63,959 bases of DNA, filler included, from Octopus bimaculoides (GCF_001194135.2; 7 parts of 6 records of this genome joined end to end with filler, not necessarily neighbours in it); one strand, 5' to 3'. Shown: positions 23,961 to 36,735, counted from the first letter of the whole stretch. Notes: generated from the letters alone by a model not told the origin. Translations and numbers: made by a program.

Positions 23961-25199
23961 CTGTTTATAAACTTATTTCTCGTGCTGTCAATAAAACACC
24001 AGCCTACTCATTTACTTTTGCACCTGATGGGGGAAGGAATTCATTATCAGATTTCTTCACTCTTTCTTTTCCCAAATTACTTTTCAGAATATCATTCACT
24101 CCATACGTAATTAATCAGTTCTATCATCAAGTATGGTGTATTTCATTGTGTTGTACACTTATTTCATTCATAAAAATAAACGAGGGGAAAAATGAGGTTT
24201 GATGTTGTTGCTGCTGCTGTTATTGTTGCTGTTGTTGTACAGCTCCAAATCAGTCTTGATTGATCAGATGTGTGATCAAAGGTCTTATTGGCCAAATATT
24301 TTCTGTCAATTACCTGGCTTGCTGACTTTCAGTATTTCTCCTTCAGCTGTCTAACTAAAGGAAATTTTTGCATCATTTCTGTGACATGCTTTTCAGTATT
24401 AGGGCATGCAAGTTAGAGAATTATTCCTAAATCTTGCAATGGATTCTCCCTATCAATAAAGCATTGATCTCCTCGTGATGTACTACCCACCTCATAATTT
24501 TATTCAAAGGAAAACTAACCAACTGATTGGTATGGAGTCACCATTCACCAATGCACTTCAAAAACCTAGTCCACATATGTCCTATTTCTTCACTTTGTTC
24601 TTCAAAAAGCCTCTATTTCTTGAAGTTAGCTTGTTGTGTGTCACCTTCACCTAATCTCACCCAACAAACACACATCTCTACTCTTCCTGTCACCCACACT
24701 GTATCTCCTCACCTCCCATGTCTTGCCTTAACCCCTTCCATCCTAGATTGTCATATCTCTACACTCCCTACCTCACCCATCTTCATATGCTTTCCTTCTG
24801 TAATTGACAACTAGCAGATGTTCAAGATGAACATCAACTAGATCATTGTTACTAGCCATGGAGAGCCTGCAAAAGGCAGATCATGGATAAAGATAGATTA
24901 CTTTCATGACTAGACCATTAAAGGAACAAAAAATACCATTTACCCTGAGAGGAAATTGCCAGATGTCCATCAACATATAACTTGACAAGATGTCAAAAAA
25001 TTCAAGTTCTATGTACATATATACATACATAGCATACATACATTACATACATTCATATAAACGTACATATACATACATACAGGCAGACATACATATGTAA
25101 CATATGTACATACATACATGCATGCATACATACATACATACATACATGCATACATACATATATTCGTATACATACTCAAAGAAGTTGCATGACTATACT

Positions 25200-25575
25200 G
25201 CAATGCAGATGAAAGGATGAGCATATATGAGCAGAAGACTATGCATGGATATGTTAGAAAGCTTTGAGATGATAGTAACATTGATGATCAAAACAATCTA
25301 TCATGGACCAATTGCTGGATTACTACCTCCCACTTTGAAGGGTAAGCATTTGAAATCCAGGAACAGGAAATACCAACCAAATACCTGATGTACAAAAGGG
25401 ATAGAGATGCAAGAAGAGCAGTAAAATGTGGCAACTGATGCAGACTTTGTGGAGTTAACACTGAAGATATCACCCACATCATAAGCAGTTGTCTGAAAAT
25501 GTCATCACAGTATTATCTTTTAATGAGACATGACATTGTAGCTAGGACACTCTATAATGAGATCTGCCAGATAAC
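25200..25575 (+). mobile_element. R2-superfamily (R4/Dong-like) non-LTR retrotransposon C-terminal remnant
   Basis: TSHFEG*AFEIQEQEIPTKYL ... CRLCGVNTEDITHIISSC (CX2CX8HX4C) ... YYLLMRHDIVARTLY; three in-frame stops. Confidence 0.8.
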
Positions 25576-25654
25576 CCCAATGTCAAGGCAAGGAGATAAT
25601 AACACACACACACACAGACACACACAAACAAACACATACAAACACAGTCATATG

Positions 25655-25691
<37 letters not shown>

Positions 25692-25699
25692 CTATTGAA

Positions 25700-26000
25700 T
25701 CCACTCACTATGTCTCTTTTGCCACCCCACCAATATGCATATACACCTAGAAAGTTTCCCTCCAAGGCATAAATCTGGGTAAGGTTGTTTATGGAAGACC
25801 AGCAGTTGCCCATACATACCAGCCTCCCCTCTGCATGCTACCGATGTAATCCAAGGGAAAGGCAAAAACTGAGACAACTTGGCACCAATGACACTGCAAC
25901 TAATTTCTACAGCTGAGTGAACTGGAGCAACAGGAAATAAAGTGTCTTGCTCAAGAACACAATACACAGCCTGGTCCAGGAATTGAACTCATTACCTCCT
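25700..26000 (-). mobile_element. SINE with family C core and a different 3' half
   Basis: Minus strand gagttcaattcc ... ttgagcaagacactttatttcctgttgctccagttcactcagctg is shared with 54322, then the sequence diverges. Confidence 0.75.
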
Positions 26001-26624
26001 TTCCTATACATATAGGTTAAAGTAAAAGCGGAAACAGCACAGAAGTATGTTTAATGATTCTTTTACTTCTTTTCCTTCAATTGGACAGAATGAGTATTTT
26101 TCTAGTTGTTACATTAAGTGATCTTTATTAAATAATTCTGGTTTTGATATGTATGTCCATCTTATCAAATATTAAAAATTCAAAATCAAAGATTAGGAAA
26201 TGAGAAAAAAATTGGAAATTAAAACAGTTTGTTCTCATATTGCTTCATTCTTTCACTGGTTTTAGTCAATCCTATCAACCCCAACACTCATTTTCACTGT
26301 GATGCTTATTTTATCATTTCTGTTTAGCAAACTGCTATGTTATGGGCATAAATAAACAAATGTACACACACACTCACTCACACACAAACATACACATTGT
26401 CTACCAAATTTCACTGACAAGGTGGTGGTTGACCTGAGACTATAACAGACATTGTTTTGTACATCACCTTGTATAAGCTGTCATGCAGTGGGACTGAACC
26501 TGAAGCCCATATGGTGGTGAAGCAAACTTCTTAACCAAATAGTCATACTTGTGCTTATGACGAAAAATGCTTACAACACCCAAGTTTCCTAAGCAGTCAC
26601 TCTTTTAACTATTAACTAGGTTAA

Positions 26625-26844
26625 CCCTTTAGCATTTAAACCAGCCATATCTGGTCTACAATTTTCTCCCTGTTTTATGTTCACACTGGTAGATCTGGCC
26701 CCTCACACCTACTCTATAATGTCATTCTAAAAGTAAATAAGCACATCATTGAAATCTCAAAGCTATAAAATAATCTATTATTAATTCAAAACAATGTGAA
26801 TAAACAAGCATAGCATTTGATAGAGTAATCTGAATGCTAGAGGG
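26625..26844 (+). mobile_element. piggyBac-type MITE, 220 bp, with TTAA TSD
   Basis: TTAA|ccctttagcattt ... aatgctagaggg|TTAA. TTAA is at 26621-26624 and 26845-26848. Confidence 0.85.
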
Positions 26845-27600
26845 TTAAGTGTTGCTTAACTTTAGTGAATAGATGAGAAGCAGTGTTTTTGATGTATTAT
26901 GACTATTTTTTAGTATAAGACACACCAAGAAATTTTCAGCATTATATTCATTGTCCGTTGGCAGTTATTGACTCCACTGATTTCATTCTACACAAATTTA
27001 ATCCATTTAATCCATTTTATCCACCGAAGATCTGCTTCAGTAACTCTATGTTCATTTATCTTACATTTATCCCTAATTTAAAATGTTCTCTTAGCTTCCT
27101 TCACGGGCCCTTTCTTTTCACTTTTCCTTTGGTCTAATTTAGTCTGAAAACTGTGAATTCCTTAATTTTCACCCTTAATACTCACCAACACCAATTTTTC
27201 AAACTTCATCTGACAATTCCCTATTAATCTAAGTGTTCAGCTAATTACAGAGAACCCCCTTTGATCTATTTAACATGCAATGGTATTGATCCTGCTATTA
27301 GTTGTTTTCTAGGTTTTCTAATTCTGAACAGAATTTTAGGATCAGAATAATTATCTGAAGCTATAAACTAACTTCCTATGTGTTATCCTAATTGCTAATC
27401 CCATTGAAATAGTATTTGGATTTCTCACTTCTATCTGTTAAAATCTATAATGCAGTAGCAGGAAATCTAACTGCAATTTGTCAACCAGCTGGAAAAATTT
27501 TAGCACATTTAAAAGGTTTTTGCATGTCATTTTCTGCCCTTTCGTTTCCATCTAGATATTAGAACAAACCTGTGTATCTCATAGAAGTACAATTGTTTAG

Positions 27601-27820
27601 CCCTTAACATTCAGATTACTCTGTCAAATGCATTACTAATTTTTTCACATTGTTTTTAATTAATCACACATTTATCTTCTTGTTTTGGGATTGTGACAAA
27701 GTGATTGTTTATTTTTAGAATGACATTGTAGGGTAGGTGTGTGAGGCTAGATCTGACCAGTTTGAACTTCAAACAAGAATAATATTTTGGCCTGGTATGG
27801 CCAGTTTAAATACTAAAAGG
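27601..27820 (-). mobile_element. piggyBac-type MITE copy
   Basis: cccttaacattcagattactctgtcaaatgc ... tttaaatactaaaagg, the reverse of 26625. Confidence 0.75.
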
Positions 27821-28169
27821 CTAAAAGTGTTATTAATATCAGCTCCTCATTATTAATATCAAAACCACCAACAAGAATTGAGTCGTCAATATGATCAATT
27901 GTATTCAATTGGAGAGCTAATATAAAGTCAAATATCATTCTGTGGTTGTTGTTTACACAGACAAGGTAACTATTAATCCAATTACAGTCATATATTCAGT
28001 TTGGAAAATTGCCATATTAGGAAAGATCAAAAGATTTGTAAACAATATACTTGTACTTTTGTCTCTCATTTATAGAGAAATCTTCTTTCAACTGAAACAA
28101 AACAATTTTAGCCATATACTTTAGAGTGATTTTAAATGATAGTTTAGCCTACAAAGATGCACATATTGC

Positions 28170-28570
28170 GACACAAGCATGGTTATGTGGTAAGGTCTTT
28201 GCTTCCTAACCACATGGTTCTGGGTTCAGTCACACTGTGTGGCAACTTGGGCAAGCATCTTCTACTATAGCCTTGGACTGGCCATAACCTTATAAGAGGA
28301 TCTGGTAGCCAGAAACTGAAAGAAGCCCATCATCATCATCATTGTCGTCATTTAATGTCCATTGTCCATGCTGGCCTGGGTTGGACGGTTTGACCAGAGC
28401 TGGCAAACTGGAGAGCTGTACCAGGCCCTAGTCTGATTTGGCACAGTTTCTATAACTGAATGCCCTTTCTAGAGCCAACCACTTTACAATGTGTAATGGG
28501 TGCTTTATGGGGCACCACATGAGTGCTTTTACACAGCACCAGCACAAGTACTTTTTACGTGGCACTAGCA
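28170..28570. mobile_element. SINE A 5' half (+) abutting SINE B (-)
   Basis: The A head runs to gaaagaagccc and continues directly into the (ATC)n tail and tttaatgtccattgtccatgctgg of B. Confidence 0.8.
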
Positions 28571-28680
28571 TAAGACTCTCGTAGGTCAATACTCTGCAAC
28601 ATTACTAGCTTTAACACTTGGGCTGTGGAGCAAGGCGCTAGACATCTCAATATATATATATTATGACCGATAACTATATA

Positions 28681-29084
28681 TTTTTTACTCTTTTACTTGT
28701 TTCAGTCATTTGACTGTGGCCATACTGGAGCACCGCCTTTAGTCGAGCAAATCGACCCCAGGACGTTTTCTTTGTATACCTAGTACACATTCTATCGGTA
28801 TCTTTTGCCGAACCACTAGGTTACGGGGACTTAAACACACCATCATCGGTTGTCAAGCAATGTTGGTGTGACAAAAACAGACACACAAACATATACACAC
28901 ACATACATATATATACATATATGCGACGGGCTTCTTTCAGTTTCCATCTACCAAATCCACTCACAAGGCTTTGGTCGGCCTGAGGCTATAGTTGAAGACA
29001 CTTGCCCAAGGTGCCACGCAGTGGGACTGAATCCGGAACCATGTGGTTCGTAAGCAAGCTACTTACTACACAGCCACTCCTACG

Positions 29085-29086
<2 letters not shown>
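28681..29086 (-). mobile_element. SINE family A, full length, young
   Basis: Complete reverse complement of the 29960 copy, with most CpGs retained. Confidence 0.92.
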
Positions 29087-29147
<61 letters not shown>

Positions 29148-29159
29148 GTATCTTCGTAT

Positions 29160-29350
29160 GTGTGTTTGTACTCCCACATCACATGACAACTGGTGTTGGT
29201 GGGTTTATGTCCTCATAACTTTGTGGTTTGGTTAAAGAGACTAAATGAATAAGTACCAGACAAAGAATTGGAGTCAAGTCATTCGACTAAAATTCTTCAA
29301 GGTTCGGCCTCAGCATGGCTGCAGTCAAATGACTGAAACAAGTAAAATAT
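29160..29350 (+). mobile_element. SINE family A 3' half, diverged
   Basis: cagcatggctgcagtcaaatgactgaaacaagtaaaa end. Confidence 0.7.
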
Positions 29351-29959
29351 AAAATACATGTAGTGGTGAGTCTAATTATGCCCTGTTGTGCAAGGATATC
29401 TTTAGTGGGTGGCCCCCAGGAGGCTCTGATGTTGTGACAGCAAAGGCAAAAATATCTACAAAGCTACTTCAACATTTGATGTAACATCAACTCCTGCATT
29501 TGGAGATGGCTGCAGTATGGAAGTTATTATAAAAAGTATATACAGAACAGCAAAGTCAGCTCGCAATAACATTTCTGCAAAGATTTCCTGAAGAAGGGTT
29601 TCTAACTTTCAAATATTGAAATACAAAAATAAGGTACAAACTAGTGACTCTTGTATTATTTCTTAGAGCTTGCATTGTTTCGGTTAAAAAAAGATTATGT
29701 ATATCAGACAATATTTCATGCAAGCTGTGCACACTGACACATGCATGCACATGCACACACACACACACACACACAACTTACACACACAAAGGGTATGTTA
29801 CTTTTTGAGGTAATTTGAATGAAATTAGTAAAAGACAAACCAGGTATCAATGAGAAGCTGTATTTAAAAACAAATTTGTACAAATAAACTTGAGAATCCT
29901 TTTGTCTTGTCTATTTAATGAATACAATATTAGCATCGGTGATACCTAGAATTTTTATA

Positions 29960-30350
29960 GGCGCAGGAGTGGCTGTGTGGTAAGTAGCTTGCTTACCAAC
30001 CACATGGTTCCGGGTTCAGTCCCACTGCGTAGCACCTTGGGCAAGTGTCTTCTACTATAGCCTCAGGCGAACCAAAGTCTTGTGAGTGGATTTGGTAGAC
30101 GGAAACTGAAAGAAGCCCGTCGTATATATGTATATATATATGTATGTGTGTTTGTCCCCCCAACATTGCTTGACAACCGATGCCGGTGTGTTTAGGTCCC
30201 CGTAACTTAGTGGTTCGGCAAAAAGAGACCGATAGAATAAGTACTAGGCTTACAAAGAATAAGTCCTGGGGTCGATTTGATTCGACTAAAGGTGGTGCTC
30301 CAGCATGGCCACAGTCAAATGACTGAAACAAGTAAAAGAATAAAAGAATA
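29960..30350 (+). mobile_element. SINE family A, full length, tRNA-derived head
   Basis: Head ggcgcaggagtggctgtgtggtaag ... ccgggttcagtccc (Pol III A/B-box-like), internal (TA/TG)n and an (AAAAGAAT)n tail. Confidence 0.92.
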
Positions 30351-30419
30351 GAATCAATGGATGCTTCAATACAGGGTCAGAAGCACTGACATGCCCAAAT
30401 CAAGTGAGCTTTTTCTATT

Positions 30420-30670
30420 TTGGACATGGGAAATTTTACCTCACTTGGTGAGAGTTGGCAACAGGTAAGGTCATCTGTCCATAGAAAACCTACCTCAAGA
30501 AATTCTGGCTGACCCATGTGAGCATGGAAAAATGGACATTAAAACAATGATGATGCTGGTGAAGATGATGACGACGACGACGACGACTACGAATATGATT
30601 ATTATTATTATTATTGTTATTATTATAACGATGATGATGATGATAATGATTATGATGATGATGATGACAT
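30420..30670 (+). mobile_element. SINE B-like 3' end with expanded GAT/GAC/ATT trinucleotide tail
   Basis: gacccatgtgagcatggaaaaatggacattaaaacaatgatgatg followed by mixed triplet runs. Confidence 0.65.
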
Positions 30671-30928
30671 GCATTAACATATATATCTTCACAAATTTTG
30701 TCCTTCCATTTTTGTTTTTCTTTTGTTTTGCTTCATCTTTCCCCACCTCACTCTTATATTCATAAGAAAGAGAGTGTTTGAATGTCATTACTAACTTTTC
30801 CCACATTTTTAAAGTATTAAACTAATAAGTTTGATTGTGACTCTATCACGTTTTGTTCAATTTATTTTCCATTCTCCCTCACACTCTCTCCATATATATT
30901 ACTACGGATACAAATATTCACACACACC

Positions 30929-30978
<50 letters not shown>

Positions 30979-31078
30979 NNNNNNNNNNNNNNNNNNNNNN
31001 NNNNNNNNNNNNNNNNNNNNNNTTAATTAATTAANNNNNNNNNNNNNNNNNNNNNNNNNNNNNNNNNNNNNNNNNNNN
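30979..31078. other. Artificial assembly join: 44 N + TTAATTAATTAA + 44 N
   Basis: The same 12-mer, a stop codon in all six frames, sits inside N runs at 31023, 37484, 43422, 49565, 57562 and 62838. Confidence 0.95.
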
Positions 31079-31240
31079 CTTATGGTTTCTTAAACATTCA
31101 CTAGAACAAAACTGTACAAATCCAAATATATGGTACCCTAGGCATAACACCTACATGAACTTCTAACTTGTTGTCTCTTGAGGTCTCTGGGTGAGACTTG
31201 GATCCAACTTGTACAAATGCAAAACAAAAGTCAAACATAA

Positions 31241-31306
<66 letters not shown>

Positions 31307-31309
31307 CAA

Positions 31310-31520
31310 GGCTGCAAGCAGATAGAATTGTCTGCGGGTGAAATGCTTAGCGGCATCTCGTCCGTCCTTGCGTTCTGAATACAAATTCCACCGAAGTTGA
31401 CTTTGCATTTCATTCTTTCGGGGTCAATAAAATAAGTATTAGTTGAGTGCCGGGTTTGATGCAATCGACTTGGCCCTTCACTCGAAATTATTTGCCCTGT
31501 ACCTAAAATTCGTAACCATA
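31310..31520 (+). mobile_element. SINE family D copy
   Basis: aaatgcttagcggcatctcgtccgtc ... gttgactttgcatttcattctttcggggtcaataaaataagta. Confidence 0.8.
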
Positions 31521-31949
31521 ATTATCATTATGATTAGTCACAGAATAAAAGACCACGTTGATTTTCAGCTCAGTAAATTTGTGCTAAATTTCCCTTGTTT
31601 TATCAGACCGCTTGAAGGGTTGTTTAATTTGTTTTTGTACTTTGTTGTATTTATTTTTTATCATTGGGAAGAAGAGATCATCAGCTGTGTCTAAGGTGTG
31701 ATTATTTTTACGTAACGACCCTCCCTTTCCTGATCAGGATATCAGACGTCTGAATTTTTTCAAAACAGCGAAGTCTAACCTTTGTTTGATAGATTAGTTC
31801 GTCGATATAGAAAACAAAAAGTCAACATTGGTAGTGTCATAAGACCTCATAGAAGAAAAATAGTCAGGAAAACCGTACTATATCGGTGCGTTTCAATTGA
31901 GAAGAGATGAGATGAAATAGCCATCTGCTTCCTGGTACAAAAATGTTTC

Positions 31950-32500
31950 AGAGGAATTTGTTGTGATATTTATTTCGTCATCCGAGACAAACAATATGGC
32001 AGTTTTTGTTAGAAGCTTCTATGAAGTACAGAAACAGAAACATTCCATTGCTCCTGTCCTCATTGTGACATGCTTATGTAGGCGAGTGAAGATAAAAACT
32101 ACGGATGTGTCGCCAGAATTAAACATCTGGTGGGTGGTGCCATGTATTGTTTCTTGGAGGAGCTGATTCACTTCTAGATATTAAAAAGCATTGACAGGGA
32201 TTGCGCTAGATGTCATCATCCATGACAAACCAGAAGACAAAATTCCGTATTATATACATTTCCCGAATGGAAACCAACTTCAAATCATGATAGAAGGGAA
32301 AAGGTCAAAGTGCTACTTATGTGAAAGCACTAACCATTTGAAGGCTTTACGTTCACAACAACTGAAGGGAGCAAAAAGAAATTCTATCTCTTCCGAACCC
32401 CTCATCAAAAACAATACAATCACCAGCAGAAATAAACATACCAAAATATGTATTTTAAACTGACAGGAGAGAAAGAACTTATGGTAGTATATCCAAGAAA
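31950..32500 (+). mobile_element. Decayed LINE ORF1-like region with zinc knuckle, plus possible endonuclease start (L1/Tx1-like)
   Basis: RVKIKTTDVSPEL, then IPYYIHFPNGNQLQIMIEGKRSKCYLCESTNHLKALR (CX2CX4HX4C with the last C replaced by R), then KICILN*Q. Confidence 0.6.
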
Positions 32501-32589
32501 ATGTTACGCTTGTAGTTTTGCCTCTACGTGGAAACTCAGTTTGTGACTCTTTGGTGGTATACATTAAACAGATCAAAATGGTTATATGT

Positions 32590-35486
32590 ATAACTCTTGG
32601 CGACTTCAACGCAAGAGTTGGGAGAGACTCTGAGGCTTGGAAAGGAGTCCTTGGAACTGGTAGCTGTAACGACAACGGGCGCCTCCTGCTCGAGTTCTCC
32701 ACAGAGCACCAACTTGCTATTACCAACACAATCTTCCAACAGAAGGACCATCTGAAAACAACTTGGATGTATTCCCGGTCCAAACACTGGCATCTACTTG
32801 ACTATGTGCTTGAACGCCAGCGGGACCTGAAAGACGTTCTACACACAAGAGTGATCCCCAGTGCAGAGTGCCACACTGACCCTCGCCTTGTCCGCTGCAA
32901 GCTCAAGCTGCAGCTCAAACCAAAACCCAAGAAGAAAGGTAATCTCGTAAAGAAACTCAACGTCGGAAGCCTGTGCCGGGAGCAAGTCAATGTCAAGTTC
33001 CAAGCAGATCTGCAGCAAAAGCTAGACGAATCCCCTTGCACTGGTGACACCACCCCAGACATCTTGTGGGAGAACTGAAATCAGACATCCTTAAGACATC
33101 TGAGAAAGTTTTGGGGCACACAAAGAAGAAAAACAAGGACTGGTTCGATGATAATGACAAGGAGATCCAGGAATTACTAGCAAGGAAGAGGGCAGCACAT
33201 CAGGCCCACCTTGCACAACCAACCTGTCCTGTCAAGAAAGCTACATTTCGATGCACATGCAGCACCCTACAGTGCAAACTCAGAGAAATACACAACGAGT
33301 GGTGGGACCATCTGACGCGGAGAACCCAGCTGTGCGCTGACCTCGGAGACTATAGAGGCTTCTATGAGGCTCTGAAAGCAGTGTATGGCCCCATCCACCA
33401 GGTCCAGAATCCCCTGCGCAGTTCAGATGGACAGGACTCCTCACCGATAACACCTCCATCCTCGCTCGCTGGTCCGAGCACTTCCAAAGCTTCTTCAGAG
33501 CCATCCATCACGTTCCTCAACTTCCATTCAAAGAGGAGCTCGACGAACCATCTACCCTCGAAGAGACGATTGAAGTCATAGGACAACTCAAGAATAGCAA
33601 AGCAGCAGGAGTTGAAGGCATCCCNNNNNNNNNNNNNNNNNNNNNNNNNNNNNNNNNNNNNNNNNNNNNNNNNNNNNNNNNNNNNNNNNNNNNNNNNNNN
33701 NNNNNNNNNNNNNNNNNNNNNNNNNNNNNNNNNNNNNNNNNNNNNNNNNNNNNNNNNNNNNNNNNNNNNNNNNNNNNNNNNNNNNNNNNNNNNNNNNNNN
33801 NNNNNNNNNNNNNNNNNNNNNNNNNNNNNNNNNNNNNNNNNNNNNNNNNNNNNNNNNNNNNNNNNNNNNNNNNNNNNNNNNNNNNNNNNNNNNNNNNNNN
33901 NNNNNNNNNNNNNNNNNNNNNNNNNNNNNNNNNNNNNNNNNNNNNNNNNNNNNNNNNNNNNNNNNNNNNNNNNNNNNNNNNNNNNNNNNNNNNNNNNNNN
34001 NNNNNNNNNNNNNNNNNNNNNNNNNNNNNNNNNNNNNNNNNNNNNNNNNNNNNNNNNNNNNNNNNNNNNNNNNNNNNNNNNNNNNNNNNNNNNNNNNNNN
34101 NNNCCGAGAACAAAACAGGAGACTCTATGCTAGTTTTGTCGACCTCACAAAAGCATTTGACACAGTGAGCAGGACAGGACTATGGCTAATCCTGGAACGA
34201 CTTGGCTGTCTTACCAAGTTTCTATAGATGGTGATCCAGCTACATAAGAACCAGCGTGGCCAAATCAGACTCAACGGTGACCTGTCGGAGCCTTTCCCCA
34301 TTTTCAACAGTGTGAAGCAGGGTTGTGTCCTGGCACCGACTCTCTTCAGCAGCTTCTTCAGCATGATGCTCAAGCATGCAACTGAAGATCTGGAGGATGG
34401 GGATGGGGTATATGTCAGGTACCGTCTGGATGGCAGCCTCTTCAATCTACGGTGCCTCCAAGCCCACACCAAGACCCAGGAGAGGCTGATCCGAGACCTT
34501 CTCTTCGCGGACGACGCTGCTCTCGTCGCCCACACTGAGCGAGTTCTGCAGCGCATCACGTCCTGCTTTGCGGACGCCTCGCGGCTCTTTGGCCTGGAGG
34601 TCAGCCTCAAGAAGACGGAGGTACTTCACCAGCCTGCACTCCAAGAGGTATACCGCCCACTCCACATCACTATCTGCGATACCGAACTGAAATCAACACA
34701 GCAGTTCACATACCTGGGATGCATAATCTCATCCGATTCCAGGATCTACAAGGAAATCGACAATAGACTCTCTAAGGCAAATAGCTCCTTTGGCAGATTG
34801 TACAAACGTGTTTGGCACAACAATAACCTGAAGAACAAGACAAAGATCAGCGTCTACAGGGCCGTGGTTCTCACCACTCTCCTATACGGCTGGGAGACCT
34901 CGGTCACCTAAAGCAATCACATCCGTCTCCTCGAGCGCTTTCACCAGCGATGTCTCCGCACCATCCTCAACATTCACTGGAGTGACTTCGTCACAAACAT
35001 TGAAGTTTTGGAGTGGGCCGAGATCCCCAGCATTGAAGTCATGCTACTGAAGTGCCACCTCCGATGGGCAGGGCATGTCTCCAGAATGGAGAACCATCGC
35101 CTTCCTAAGATTGTCTTGTTTGGCGAACTCTCCACCAGCCACCGTGAGAGAGGAGCCCCGAGGAAACGCTACAAAGACTGTCTCAAAAAATCTCTCATCG
35201 CATGTCATGTTGACCACCAATGCTGGACAGACCTGGCTGCAGACCGTGATGCCTGGCGCCACACGATCTTCAACGTGGTTTGAAGAACACAGAAGAGACG
35301 CGCATAAAGATAAGAGACGCAGTAGGAAGGCCCGAGCTGCCTCTGACACCACACCGGATGTTACCTTCGTATGTGGACACTGCTTACGGACCTACCTTGC
35401 CCGCATTGGACTTGTCAGTCATGAGCGTGCCTACGGACGACGTGGACAACCTTCCTAATCTTCGTTCGCGAAGCTAAGCCAAGCCA
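32590..35486 (+). mobile_element. RTE-clade LINE, 5'-truncated and disrupted (endonuclease C-half, RT, C-terminal C2H2-like finger)
   Basis: LGDFNARVG, HWHLLDYVL, SAECHTDP, FVDLTKAFDTVSR, VKQGCVLAPTLF, LLFADD, FTYLG, LRWAGHVSRME and CGHC...SHE. Ends in a ttcgttcgcgaagctaagccaagcca tail. Frameshifts near 33070 and 33440, stops at about 34909 and 35281, and an N gap at 33625-34103. Confidence 0.97.
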
Positions 35487-35509
35487 AAAACAAACAAAAA
35501 AAAAACACC

Positions 35510-36690
35510 AGGTGCTCCAAAACATGGGGACTGGTTTGGAGAGATTCTCAAAAACATGGATGACAGCTATCACATACTTTTTCTAAGAGACTTTGACTTC
35601 CCTAATGTCGAATAGCCTGAAGGCTGCCTTCTCTCAGGTCTGTCACTGCATGAACAGAACAGAGGCAAGCTGAGTCTCTGCTTGACCTTACAAACATGCT
35701 GTTCATGGAGCACATAATGCTCAATCCAATAAGGAGTAAATATATCTTGGACATCTGCTTCACAAATAATGCGGCACTCATCCATAATGTTGAGTTAGCA
35801 ACAACGGTTTTCTCCGACAATAACTTAGTAGAACTAATAATATATGGTTCGCAGAAAACTACAGACATGCAGGTTACTAAAAGCACCTAACTCCTTTCCA
35901 GCCTGAAAGCTGATTGGATTGGTACTCAGAAAGAGGTCATGTGACAAAAGTGGTTTGCTATTCTCTCTATGTAGGATATTGACTTAAAGCTACAACACCT
36001 TATGATAACCATGCAAGACATTCGCAATAAGTTTGCTCCAGTGAGAAAGCGAAACCGACAGAAAAACATAATTCTCGGGGATAGGAAAATTCTGACGAGA
36101 CAACAGGTAAGGTTCTAAAATTGCATCAATGGGCCTCTAAAGGAAAGTGAGGAAGCCTATCTCAAAGGAACATTGCTTCAGATTGAAAGTAAACTCAAAC
36201 ACTCTCGCAAAAAGGAGTGAGTACATAAAGAAACTTGGGCTGTAAAAAAAAATCTAAAGAGAAACGCAAAAGCCTTCTACAGATTTGTAAAAGAATTTGC
36301 TTCAGTACAGTATAAGATAGGGCCACTGGTCGAAGAAAATGGCTCACAGGCTGCGGACCCACAAAGGATGGAATACTGAATATGCAATACAAAAGTGTTA
36401 TCACATTTCTGTTGGGACAGTTGCAAATGAATATGCCAAGCGAGTTCTTTCACTCTAAGTTTTACATGAAGGGATAGCAACTACCGATTACATCGAATCA
36501 GAGGAATTAGATATAATATCAGCTATTGATGAAATAAGCTTAAACTCAGCCAAAGACTCTGATAGATTTCCGGCAATCTTCGTTGAAGAATGCAAATGGG
36601 TCGGAGCATGATCTTTGCAGATTTTCTTCCGAAGCTACTTTGCAAATGATAGACGTCATGGAAAGTTAAAGAAAGGCATATGTCCTATTG
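35510..36690 (+). mobile_element. Decayed CR1/L2/Jockey-group LINE ORF2 remnant (endonuclease C-half to RT start)
   Basis: LRDFDFPNVE, PIRSKYILDICFTNN ... FSDNNLV, KRNAKAFYRFVK ... IGPL, ILNMQYKSV, ISAIDEISLNSAKDSDRFPAIF and LKKGICPI. Confidence 0.82.
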
Positions 36691-36693
36691 ATG

Positions 36694-36735
<42 letters not shown>

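Noticed and set aside
32590-35486. RTE as a potentially active element
   Set aside because: It is 5'-truncated, has at least two frameshifts and two premature stops, and the endonuclease DH motif reads DP.
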